Source: Vicinamibacterales bacterium
GTDB taxonomy: Bacteria > Acidobacteriota > Vicinamibacteria > Vicinamibacterales > UBA8438
Assembly (NCBI GenBank): GCA_965203525.1
Contig: OZ241898.1
Span: 4,695,164-4,759,163 of the forward strand
Direction: 5' to 3'
Length of the DNA: 64,000 bases
Position numbers and translations under genes: made by a program. Position 1 is the stretch's first letter, and every line of letters begins with the position of its first letter. Under the pieces are notes generated by a model that searched no databases, was not told the DNA's origin, and saw nothing but the letters and a program-made list of their open reading frames with translations. Of this stretch, positions 1 through 8,251 are shown piece after piece.

Positions 1-72
1 ATTCCGGCGAAGCAGGTCGTCAAGGCGCGCATCGCGAAGCAGCTCAAGGACGCCGTGCTCCCCGAGGGATGA
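1..72 (+). CDS. 3' end of an ORF entering from the left edge (partial); product not assignable
   Basis: Frame 1 is open from base 1 to TGA at 70-72 (...IPAKQVVKARIAKQLKDAVLPEG*). Its position just upstream of an E2 gene makes an E1 subunit plausible but unproven. Confidence 0.3.
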   Translation: MPAKQVVKARIAKQLKDAVLPEG

Positions 73-101
73 CGTTCCCCGCGGATCGACCGCGCGATTC
101 G

Positions 102-128
102 TCGATCCGGCCGGCGAGGCCGGATCGA
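102..128 (+). terminator. GC-rich hairpin after the upstream ORF (terminator-like, no U tract)
   Basis: tcgatccggcc-ggcga-ggccggatcga forms a perfect 11-bp stem with a 5-nt loop, 30 nt after the stop at 72. Confidence 0.35.
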
Positions 129-227
129 CTTCGATCCAGCCTTCTGCTCCGTACGTGACTTCGGAGGGCCGGCGCCGGCCCGCGCGAGGTCACGGCACGC
201 CTTTCGCCGCACGGCCGGAACCAGCCG

Positions 228-1448
228 ATGGCCACCCACGTGCTCATGCCGCAACTCGGCGAATCCATCGCCGAGGGCACGATCGTGCGCTGGAACAAGC
301 GCGTGGGCGAGCGGGTCGACCGGGACGAGCCGCTGTTCGAGGTGTCGACCGACAAGGTCGACGCCGAGGTGCCGGCGCCGGCCGGGGGCATCCTGACCGC
401 GGTGCGCGCGCAGGCGGGCGAGACCGTGCCGGTGGACAGCATCGTCGCCACCATCGGCGCCCCGGGGGAAACGCCCGCCGCGGACGGCGGGACGCCGGGC
501 GCGGACCCGGACGCGGCGGAGTCGGAGACGCCGGCGCACCCGGCCCCGGTTCGTCCCCCGGCGGAAAGGGACGGGGCGGGGCGCGTCTCGCCGGTCGTCC
601 GGAAGCTGGCCCGCGAGCACGGCGTCGATCCGACCGACGTGGCGGGGACCGGCGCGGGCGGGCGGGTCACGAAGGCCGACGTCCTGCGGTACGTCGCAAC
701 GAGGCCGCCGGCGAAGGGCGCGGATGCGACGCCGCGGACGGACGGACGGCGCGTCGAACCGCTGTCGGCCATGCGGCGCGGGATCGCGGAGCACATGCTC
801 CGCAGCCGGCGCACGTCGGCGCACGTCCACACCGTGTTCGACGTCGACTTCTCGCGCGTCGCGGCGCTGCGGGAAGCGCACCGGGACGCGTACGCGCGGC
901 GCGGCATCCGGTTGACGTTCCTGTCGTTCGTCGCGAAGGCGGCCGTCGACGCGCTGGCCGACGTGCCGCTGCTCAATGCATCGCTCACGAGCGACGGGAC
1001 CGGCGTGATCCGTGCGCCGGGCGTCCACCTGGGCATCGCCGTGGCTCTCGACGACGACGAAGGCCTGGTCGTCCCGGTGATCAGGGACGCCGGCGGCAAG
1101 AGCGTCCCCGAGTTGAGCGCGGCGATCGCCGACCTCGCCGCCCGCGCCCGTTCGAAACGCCTCGCGCCGGAAGAAGCGCAGGGCGGCACGTTCACCATCA
1201 CCAATCCGGGGGCGTTCGGATCCCTCTTCGGGATGCCGATCATCAACCAGCCGCAGGTGGCCATCCTCTGTCTGGGCGCGGTCGAGCGGCGGCCGGCGGT
1301 GGTGGACGACGCCGGGACCATCGCGGCGCAGCCGCGCGCCTGCCTGACGCTCGGTTTCGACCACCGGTTGATCGACGGCGCGGTCGCGGACCGGTTCATG
1401 AGCAGGGTCAAGTCCGGCCTGGAACGGTTCGACGGCAGCGCGCTGTAG
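228..1448 (+). CDS. 2-oxoacid dehydrogenase complex E2 (dihydrolipoamide acyltransferase)
   Basis: N-terminal lipoyl domain (EVSTDKVDAEVPAPAGG), E3-binding domain (SPVVRKLAREHGVDPTDVAGTGAGGRVTKADV) and catalytic DHRLIDGA motif. The substrate class (BCKD, OGDH or PDH) is not resolvable from sequence alone. Confidence 0.95.
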   Translation: MATHVLMPQLGESIAEGTIVRWNKRVGERVDRDEPLFEVSTDKVDAEVPAPAGGILTAVRAQAGETVPVDSIVATIGAPGETPAADGGTPGADPDAAESETPAHPAPVRPPAERDGAGRVSPVVRKLAREHGVDPTDVAGTGAGGRVTKADVLRYVATRPPAKGADATPRTDGRRVEPLSAMRRGIAEHMLRSRRTSAHVHTVFDVDFSRVAALREAHRDAYARRGIRLTFLSFVAKAAVDALADVPLLNASLTSDGTGVIRAPGVHLGIAVALDDDEGLVVPVIRDAGGKSVPELSAAIADLAARARSKRLAPEEAQGGTFTITNPGAFGSLFGMPIINQPQVAILCLGAVERRPAVVDDAGTIAAQPRACLTLGFDHRLIDGAVADRFMSRVKSGLERFDGSAL

Positions 1449-1538
1449 CCCCCGGCGGGCTTCGTCATGCGTCCACGGCCCGACGCTGTTTCCCGATCCG
1501 GACGCCCCGGGCGCGCCGTAGCCCCGGCGGGCTTCGCC

Positions 1539-2267
1539 ATGCGTCCGCCGCTGGAGGTGCGGCGGCTCGGCCGCGTCCCCTACCGCGCCGCGGCCGCGCT
1601 GCAGCAGAAGCTCGTGGCCGAGCGCCAGCGCGGCCGGATCGCCGACCAGTTGCTGCTGCTGGAGCATCCGCCGGTCATCACCCGCGGCGTACGGGCCGCC
1701 GCGGACAACGTGCTGGCGTCACCGGCCGTGCTGCGCCGGCGCGGCGTGGAGCTGCACGAGGCGCGGCGGGGCGGCGACGTGACCTACCACGGTCCGGGGC
1801 AGCTCGTCGGGTATCCGATCGTGCTGCTGAAGCCCGATCGCTGCGACGCGCACCGGTACGTCCGCGACCTCGAAGAGGTCCTCATCCGGGCGGTGGCCGA
1901 ATTCGGCGTCCGCGCCACGCGGATCCCGGGACTGACCGGGGTCTGGGTCGGCAACGACAAGCTGGCCGCGATCGGCGTGCGGCTGTCGCGCTGGGTCACG
2001 AGTCACGGGTTCGCGCTGAACGTGGCGACCGACCTCGACGACTTCGCGCTGATCCGGCCGTGCGGTCTCGCGGACCGCGGCGTGACCTCCCTCGCCCGGC
2101 TCACCGGCGCGAAGATCCCGGACACCGCGGTGGCCGGCAGCGTCGCGGGACGGTTCGCGGAGGTGTTCGAGCGCGAGATCACGTCCGTCGGCGGAGCGCG
2201 CGGCGCGGCGAGCGCGCCGGCCGGGCCGCGGGGAGCCGAGGAGGAGCAGGGGGCCGAGGAGGAATAG
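1539..2267 (+). CDS. lipB: Octanoyltransferase LipB
   Basis: GGDVTYHGPGQLVGYP and KLAAIGVRLSRWVTSHGFALNV motifs. The ORF is open from 1467, but the ATG at 1539 (MRPPLEVRRLG) gives a typical length. The 1467 ATG lies in a duplicated copy of the same junction sequence. Confidence 0.9.
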   Translation: MRPPLEVRRLGRVPYRAAAALQQKLVAERQRGRIADQLLLLEHPPVITRGVRAAADNVLASPAVLRRRGVELHEARRGGDVTYHGPGQLVGYPIVLLKPDRCDAHRYVRDLEEVLIRAVAEFGVRATRIPGLTGVWVGNDKLAAIGVRLSRWVTSHGFALNVATDLDDFALIRPCGLADRGVTSLARLTGAKIPDTAVAGSVAGRFAEVFEREITSVGGARGAASAPAGPRGAEEEQGAEEE

Positions 2268-2438
2268 GGGCGCGCGGACACAACGCGGCCCGGTGCCGCG
2301 AGGCAGCCCGCGCGCGGCTTCGAGCCGCGAGATCGGCGTCAACGAGTCGGCGCCGACAAAGTGCCGCGAGCCAACCGGCGCGCGGCTTCGAGCTGCAAGA
2401 TCGGCGTCGACGAGGCGGCGTCCGCAAAGCGCCGCGAG

Positions 2439-3287
2439 TCAGCCGGCGCGCGCGGCTTCGAGCCGGCCGCGCTCGCGGGGGGTCAGCGCCGGCTCGACGA
2501 TGCGCGCCACGCCGCCGGCGCCGAGCCGGACCGGAGCGGCCAGCGCCTGCCGCCGAACACCGAATTCCCCGTCGAGGGCGACGAAACAGGACGTCTGGCG
2601 GCGGCTGCCGGTAACCAGCGTCGCCGCGACCCGGCCGGCCGCGGCCGCGAGCGCGCAGGGACCCGGCGGCCACAGGGCGGCCGCCCGCTCGCGCAGCCGC
2701 CGGTGCCGCGGGGGCGGAAGGATCGCCTCCAGCGACAGCCCGCCGACCGTCGCCTGGCTCCAGGGCACGACGACGTGCCGGGGCGGGGCGCCGAGCACGG
2801 CGAGGGCGACTTCCGAGGCTTCGCAGCCGACCTCCAGCGCGACGACGGCCCGCAGGGCGCCCCGCAGCGCTTCCGGGGCGGAGCCGAGCAGCCGGCGCCG
2901 GTCGAATCCCGCCTCGAACACGCCCCGCTCGACGAGCCCGCGCTGGCCGGCGCCCGCGCAGACGACGACCGCGCCGCGACCGAACGCGGCCACCTGGCGC
3001 AACCGGTCCAGACCGTCGTCGGCGCCCCATTCGGAAGCGGGCCCCGCCGCCGGGCCGGTCAGGACCACCACGTCCGCTCCGGTCGCCGCCGAGGGGCCGG
3101 CGTCCCCCACGACCGTGGTTCCGAAGCCCTCGATCGGTCCCGCCTGCAGGACGTCGAGCGCCTTTCCGGCCGCCACGCCGCGGGCGTCGTCGATCAGCCG
3201 CACTTCGCGCCAGAGGTCGTGCGACGCGGCGCGGTGGGCGAGCGCGCCGCCGAGCGTTCCGGCGCCGAGGATGGCGAGGATCGACAT
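2439..3287 (-). CDS. Lactate/malate dehydrogenase-fold protein (divergent)
   Basis: N-terminal Rossmann signature MSILAILGAGTLGGALA...EVRLIDD...GKALD typical of MDH/LDH. The canonical substrate-Arg loop and the GHGD-type His motif are not recognisable. Confidence 0.6.
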   Translation of the reverse strand: MSILAILGAGTLGGALAHRAASHDLWREVRLIDDARGVAAGKALDVLQAGPIEGFGTTVVGDAGPSAATGADVVVLTGPAAGPASEWGADDGLDRLRQVAAFGRGAVVVCAGAGQRGLVERGVFEAGFDRRRLLGSAPEALRGALRAVVALEVGCEASEVALAVLGAPPRHVVVPWSQATVGGLSLEAILPPPRHRRLRERAAALWPPGPCALAAAAGRVAATLVTGSRRQTSCFVALDGEFGVRRQALAAPVRLGAGGVARIVEPALTPRERGRLEAARAG

Positions 3288-3324
3288 GTCGCGCCGCCCG
3301 CGGCGTGCCGTGCGCGGCTCGCGG

Positions 3325-3330
3325 TATTCT
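3325..3330 (+). promoter_or_regulatory. -10-like hexamer TATTCT 7 nt upstream of the SDR ATG
   Basis: TAnnnT hexamer in a GC-rich divergent intergenic region, directly upstream of the ATG at 3338. Confidence 0.3.
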
Positions 3331-3337
3331 AGTGGCG

Positions 3338-4111
3338 ATGACGAACGACGAACGGACGCCGGCGCAAGGGGGAGACGCCCGTTTCCGCGGGTTGGCGGCG
3401 GTCGTGACCGGCGGGTCGCGCGGGATCGGACGCGCCGTGGCGGAGAGCCTGCTGCGGCGCGGCGCCGACGTCCTGATCGCGGGGCGCGCGGCGGGGCCGC
3501 TGGCCGCCGCGGCGGCCGAACTGGCGCGGGTCGCGGCGAGCGCCGGCGCCGGCCGCATCGAGACCCTGGCCGCCGACGTGCGTCGTCCCGCCGACGCCGA
3601 GCGGCTGGTCGCCGCCGCGGCGGACCGCTTCGGCGGCGTCGACGTCCTGGTCAACAACGCCGGGGTCGGACGCTTCGAGGCGGTCGCCGAGCAGTCCATC
3701 GACGACTGGGCGCAGGTGATCGAGACCAACCTGAGCGGGGTCTTCTACTGCTGCCGGGCCGCGATCCCGGTCCTGCGGCGGCGGGGCGGCGGGTGGATCG
3801 TCAACGTCAGCAGCCTCGCCGGCAGCTACCCGTTCGCGAACGGCGCCGCCTACTGCGCGTCGAAGGCGGGCCTCGACGCGTTCACCGCCGCCCTGATGCA
3901 GGAAGTGCGTTTCGACGGCATCCGGGTGAGCGCGGTCGCGCCCGGCTCGGTGGGGACCGCGTTCGCCGGCAGCGACGACCGGCACGCCGCGGCGCCCTGG
4001 AAGCTGGCCGCCGACGACGTCGCGCAGGTGGTCGTCGACCTGCTGGGCCACGAGGCGCGGAGTCTGCCCAGCCGGGTCGAGATCCGTCCGTCGCAACCCC
4101 GCAAGGGCTGA
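3338..4111 (+). CDS. Short-chain dehydrogenase/reductase (SDR)
   Basis: TGGSRGIG cofactor motif, NNAG, and the YCASK catalytic Tyr-x3-Lys. The ORF is open from GTG 3305; the ATG at 3338 is preferred. Confidence 0.9.
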   Translation: MTNDERTPAQGGDARFRGLAAVVTGGSRGIGRAVAESLLRRGADVLIAGRAAGPLAAAAAELARVAASAGAGRIETLAADVRRPADAERLVAAAADRFGGVDVLVNNAGVGRFEAVAEQSIDDWAQVIETNLSGVFYCCRAAIPVLRRRGGGWIVNVSSLAGSYPFANGAAYCASKAGLDAFTAALMQEVRFDGIRVSAVAPGSVGTAFAGSDDRHAAAPWKLAADDVAQVVVDLLGHEARSLPSRVEIRPSQPRKG

Positions 4112-4129
4112 GCGCCCGGGTGAGGAGCC

Positions 4130-4468
4130 ATGTGGATTCTGCGCGCGACCATCGAGGAACGGACCCGGACCTTCCGGTTGCCGCCGGGCGCGGTGCGGAC
4201 GCTGGGAAGGGGCACGAACGCCGACTTCATCGTCGCCGACGCGCTCGTCTCGCGCGTCCACTGCCGGCTCACCGCGACCGAAGAGCATCTCGTGATCGAG
4301 GATCTGAAGAGCACCAACGGCATCTTCGTCAACGAATCCCGCGTCCAGCTCGCCACCCTCGAAGACGGCGACCGCGTCAAGATGGGCCACGCGGAGTTCC
4401 GCGTGAACCGGGCGGCCCCGGACGGGCCTTCCCGCATCCGGACGGACGAGCACGTCTCCGGCGCATGA
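4130..4468 (+). CDS. FHA domain protein (stand-alone, 112 aa)
   Basis: RTLGRGTNADFIVADALVSRVHCRL...EDLKSTNGIFVN matches the FHA core (G-R ... S-x-x-H ... N-G). Confidence 0.85.
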   Translation: MWILRATIEERTRTFRLPPGAVRTLGRGTNADFIVADALVSRVHCRLTATEEHLVIEDLKSTNGIFVNESRVQLATLEDGDRVKMGHAEFRVNRAAPDGPSRIRTDEHVSGA

Positions 4469-4528
4469 CACGCGGACCGCGGATCGCCGACGCCATCGGC
4501 GGCCGCGGCGGCCGCGGCGGCGCGCAGG

Positions 4529-6265
4529 CTATTCGGCAGGCAGGTTCCGTTCGATCCAGTCGATGAGGACCTCGGCGACCCGCGGCGTGATCTCGCGGTT
4601 CGCCGGCGGCGCATCGTCGCCCCCGGCGCCGGCCGCCGGCAGCAGCAGGTGATCGACGCCCTCGAGGGTGGCGAGCTCCACCGTCGACTCCCGGCGCCCC
4701 CGCAAGCGGGCCACCCGCTCGAGGCGTTGCGCGTGATACGGCGGCACTCGACGGTCCGCGGCGCCCTGGATCAGCAGCAGCGGCTGGCGCACCCGGCGCA
4801 CGGCGGCGGTCGGGTCGAAGGCGAGGAAGCTGCGGAACAGGGGCGTGTCGGCCTGCCTGCGCAGCGCGTCGGGGATGCCGTCCCACCCGCCTTCGCCGAG
4901 GACGGCGCGATGGATGCGGGTCTGCAGATCGATGCGCTCCCGTCGTTCCTCTCCCGTCGTGCCGGTGCGCCGCAGCTCGTCCCGCTGCTGCTCCAGCACG
5001 AACGCCGCGCCGTTGGCGCCCGGCGTCGCCAGCAGCGCCAGCCCCCCGATCCGGTTCTCGCGGCGCGCCGCCAGCAGGCCGATCCAGCCGCCTTCGCCGT
5101 ACCCCACCGCGACGATGCGGTCACGATCCACGTCGTCGCGCCGCCGGAGGTAGCGCACCATCTCGCGCACGTCGCCGGCGTAGTCGCCCAGCGCGGCCGA
5201 TTCGGCCCGGCCGCCGCTCTGTCCGAAACCGCGCTTGTCGTAGCGGGCGACCACGAACCCGCCGTCCGCGAGCGCCCAGGCGAGCTGGCGGAAGATCGGG
5301 ACGCCCGCCACCGTCTCGTCCCGGTCGACCGGGCCGGTGCCGGGCACCAGCAGCACCGCCGGCCAGCGGCCGCCGGGCGGCGGCGGCGCGTCCACCGGCG
5401 TGATCACCGTGGCCGCGAGACTGAACCCGGCCGCGCGCACGCGCACGCGCTCGCTGCCGGGGTGCGGCGGATCGGTGGTCAGCCGCGCCGAGACCGACGC
5501 GACGTCGCGCCGCGCGACCTCCACCGCGGCGTGCGGCAGGCTGACGCGCAGCAGCCGGCCGCTCTCGTCGATCCACACCTCGGCGTCGAGCGGCTGCCCG
5601 GGATCGACGAACGTGATGCGGTAGGTCCGCGCCTCGATGATCCGTTCGGCGGTCTCGACGTGCTGAATGCCGGCCGCGTCGACCCGCGCCGACAGGAAGC
5701 CGCGGGGCGGGACGTAGATCGGCAGCTCGTCGCCCGGCTGCGACACGCCCAGCCGCGCGGCCAGCGCTTCGTAGCCGGCGAAGATCGAGTTGGGCAGCAG
5801 GACCGCCGCCGGATCGATCCGGTCGCCGGTCGTGCTCCGCCGGTCCCCCTCCTGCAGGGTGTTGGCCGCGGCGCCGTCCGCGAAGGTGCTCTCGAGGCGG
5901 AAGGGAACGCCCGCCCGCGAACCTTCGAGGACGAGCCGCCGGGGGCGCCACCGCGGGTCGTACTCCGCTTCGAAGACCCGCGTGTCGACCGGGACCGGCG
6001 CCGTCAACTGGCCGCTCGCCTGCACCAGCCACCCGCCGTCGTCCGTCCGGACCACGCGCACGCGCTCGAAACCGGCGGGCGTCGAGCCTGCGAAGACGTT
6101 GAAGAGAGCCTCGCCGGCGGCCGGATCGGCCGCCGGCTGCGCCCGGCCGGCGCCGGCGACCGCGACCGCGGCCGCCGCCAGCACGCAGAGCGCCAGGCGC
6201 ATGCCCGGACGAAGTCGTTGCCGCACGAAAGTCAGCATATCATCCGGCAGACCGCGGGGACACAT
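4529..6265 (-). CDS. Secreted alpha/beta-hydrolase-fold protein with N-terminal extra domain; nucleophile Ser apparently absent
   Basis: Signal-like N-terminus (LALCVLAAAAVAVAGAGRAQ) and an alpha/beta-hydrolase region (VLLVPGTGPVDRDE ... IQGAADRRVP ... GVDHLL). The nucleophile elbow reads GYGEGG instead of G-x-S-x-G. Confidence 0.7.
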   Translation of the reverse strand: MCPRGLPDDMLTFVRQRLRPGMRLALCVLAAAAVAVAGAGRAQPAADPAAGEALFNVFAGSTPAGFERVRVVRTDDGGWLVQASGQLTAPVPVDTRVFEAEYDPRWRPRRLVLEGSRAGVPFRLESTFADGAAANTLQEGDRRSTTGDRIDPAAVLLPNSIFAGYEALAARLGVSQPGDELPIYVPPRGFLSARVDAAGIQHVETAERIIEARTYRITFVDPGQPLDAEVWIDESGRLLRVSLPHAAVEVARRDVASVSARLTTDPPHPGSERVRVRAAGFSLAATVITPVDAPPPPGGRWPAVLLVPGTGPVDRDETVAGVPIFRQLAWALADGGFVVARYDKRGFGQSGGRAESAALGDYAGDVREMVRYLRRRDDVDRDRIVAVGYGEGGWIGLLAARRENRIGGLALLATPGANGAAFVLEQQRDELRRTGTTGEERRERIDLQTRIHRAVLGEGGWDGIPDALRRQADTPLFRSFLAFDPTAAVRRVRQPLLLIQGAADRRVPPYHAQRLERVARLRGRRESTVELATLEGVDHLLLPAAGAGGDDAPPANREITPRVAEVLIDWIERNLPAE

Positions 6266-7301
6266 GGACGTGAAAGCCGACGACTACCGGATTCTGCGCG
6301 CCGGCGCGGGTTTCGTCGAGCTCGCGGACCGCGGCTGGCTCGAGGTCGCCGGCCAGGACCGCGCCGCGTTCCTGCAGGGACTGCTGAGCAACGACGTCGC
6401 CGCCCTGCCGCCGGGGGGCGGGTGCTACGCCACCATGCTGACGCCGCGGGGGCGCATGATCGCCGACCTGCACGTCTTTGCCGACCGCGGCCGCCTGCTG
6501 CTGGACGTCGACGGCGGCGTGGCGGACCGGTTGCGGCAGCGGTTCGACGATCTCGTCTTCACCGAGGACGTGCGCATCGACGACCGCACGGCCGGCCTGG
6601 CCGCGTACGGGGTGCACGGGCCGGGCGCCCGCGCGGTGGCGGAGGCGCTGACCGGGGCGCCGGCCGGCCGGATGGCGGTCTGCGAGCATCGCGCGCTGGC
6701 GATCGGAACGGCCGCCGGTCTGGTGGCGCGGACCGACGACCTGGGCGTGGAGGGCTACCGCGTCGTGGTGGAGCGGCCGGCCGCCGAGGCGCTGCGACGC
6801 GCGCTCGCGGCGGCCGGCGCCGCCGCGGTGGAGCCGGCCGCCGCCGAAGTCGTCCGCGTCGAATCGGGCCGCCCGGCGTTCCCCGGCGACATGGATCAGG
6901 ACACGATCCCGCTCGAGGCGGGGATCGCCGACCGCGCCGTCAGCTTCGACAAGGGCTGCTACGTCGGCCAGGAGGTCATCGTCCGGATCCTCCACCGGGG
7001 CGGGGGGCGGGTCGCGCGCAGGCTCGCGGGGCTGACCTGCGAACGGTCCGCGGACCCGGATTCGCCGCTGCCCTCCCACGGCGCGGCGATCTTCAGCGGA
7101 GACGACGAAGTGGGGCGCGTGACCAGCGCGGTGCGCTCGCCCGCGGTCGGGGCGGTCATCGCGCTCGGTTACGTCCGCCGGGAGCTGGCGGACGCCGCCG
7201 ACGCCGGCGGGGCGCCCGCGCAGGTGGCGTTGGGGACCGAGCGCGTTCCCGCCGCCGTGACCGCCCTGCCGTTCGTGCGCTCCGGCGACCCCGGCGGGTG
7301 A
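6264..7301 (+). CDS. ygfZ: YgfZ/GcvT-family folate-binding protein
   Basis: Aminomethyltransferase-like N-terminus (GWLEVAGQDRAAFLQGLLSNDV) and the KGCYVGQE signature. The ATG at 6264 is in frame within a longer ORF starting at 5790. Confidence 0.85.
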   Translation: MDVKADDYRILRAGAGFVELADRGWLEVAGQDRAAFLQGLLSNDVAALPPGGGCYATMLTPRGRMIADLHVFADRGRLLLDVDGGVADRLRQRFDDLVFTEDVRIDDRTAGLAAYGVHGPGARAVAEALTGAPAGRMAVCEHRALAIGTAAGLVARTDDLGVEGYRVVVERPAAEALRRALAAAGAAAVEPAAAEVVRVESGRPAFPGDMDQDTIPLEAGIADRAVSFDKGCYVGQEVIVRILHRGGGRVARRLAGLTCERSADPDSPLPSHGAAIFSGDDEVGRVTSAVRSPAVGAVIALGYVRRELADAADAGGAPAQVALGTERVPAAVTALPFVRSGDPGG

Positions 7302-7544
7302 CGTCCCCCGGCCGTTCGACGACGTCGCTCGCAGCCCGGCCGCAAACACGCACCCCCGGCGCGGGATGGCCGGAGGAGACCGAAGAGTCCCCGTGCCCGC
7401 GCGAGGAACAGGCGCGGACGAGGATCGATCCGCCGCTCAGGCGATTCCACACGCGGTCACTCGGGGGATTCGTTCCCTGTGCGTCCGGGCTCGGCGGTAG
7501 CTCCTTCTCGACGCGGAGCCCGTGCATGTAGTTTCGACAGAACG

Positions 7545-8251
7545 TCATCTACTTCTCGTGGGTGTATGGATCTTCTCCGTCTTGGTTTCGTCTGCTGATG
7601 GTTCCTCTGTCTGCTCAACTATCTTTTTTATCCACCATGGCTCCGTTTCCAAGAAGTGACTGATTGCCTTCCGTATTACCATCGGCGGATTCATTCCGTC
7701 TTTTAGCATGGCGTTCCATGCCTGCGTCACTTCTTCGTCTCTCTCGGGTTTAACGGTCCCGCTGTGTGTCAGGGAGTTCCTGGCCCGATGGATCGCTTGC
7801 AGATCCGGCCACCATCTGGTTTGCGTTGGCCGGCTCTTTTTCGTCAGCTCCGGAAGGACATCCTTCAATAAGTCTATCACGCTACTTCGTCCTACCATTT
7901 TTGGTTCTTCCTTGCAATGCTCGTACATCGTCTCGTGTACGAATGTTTCTATCGCCGCGGTTGCGCTGTACACCGTCAGTGTTACTGCTTCCATCCAATC
8001 CAAGCCCAATTTTTCGATCTCTTCCTGTTCGTGTCCTGTCAGTTTCTTCAGTTTCTCAAGTGCTCTTGCAGCTCTCTTCCATTCCTTTGCTGTCGAGCTC
8101 AGGTGCAGCGCCTTCTTGTTTGCTGCTTGTAGCTGTGACCGCCTCAGTTGTGGAACTTGCTCATAGAGCGCATTGCATGCGTAGATGAACAGTCGTCGTC
8201 CGCCCATGTTCTCGTCGTCGTCCACTACTCTTACCGGCTCGTTGTCCTTAG
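7545..8251 (-). pseudogene. 3' part of a HEPN-like gene interrupted by an IS element (the longest self-contained ORF is 7545..8225)
   Basis: AT-rich coding region. R-N-S-L-T-H (Rx4H, nt 7764-7781) follows predicted helices. The frame stays open upstream of GTG 8225 right up to the IS junction at 8251. Confidence 0.6.

Noticed and set aside
44-2614. Very long ORFs on the opposite strand or in other frames (44..1540 minus, 155..2614 plus, and many similar ones such as 2179..3729, 8264..10015 and 20307..22607).
   Set aside because: Their translations are Arg/Pro/Gly/Ala-rich low-complexity text. They overlap genes with clear family motifs and are the expected stop-poor alternative frames of ~70% GC DNA.
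7441-7545. A possible tRNA or tRNA fragment as the integration site of the AT-rich islet (gggaacgaatccc on the minus strand looks like a T-arm).
   Set aside because: The loop is AACGAAT rather than TTCRANN, and no acceptor stem, anticodon arm or CCA context can be built.
7156-7548. A minus-strand ORF whose ATG overlaps the HEPN-like gene stop (ATGA), which would suggest a translationally coupled partner.
   Set aside because: After about 45 residues it becomes Arg-rich and runs antisense through the ygfZ 3' end. It has no motifs. At most it is a truncated relic of the islet.
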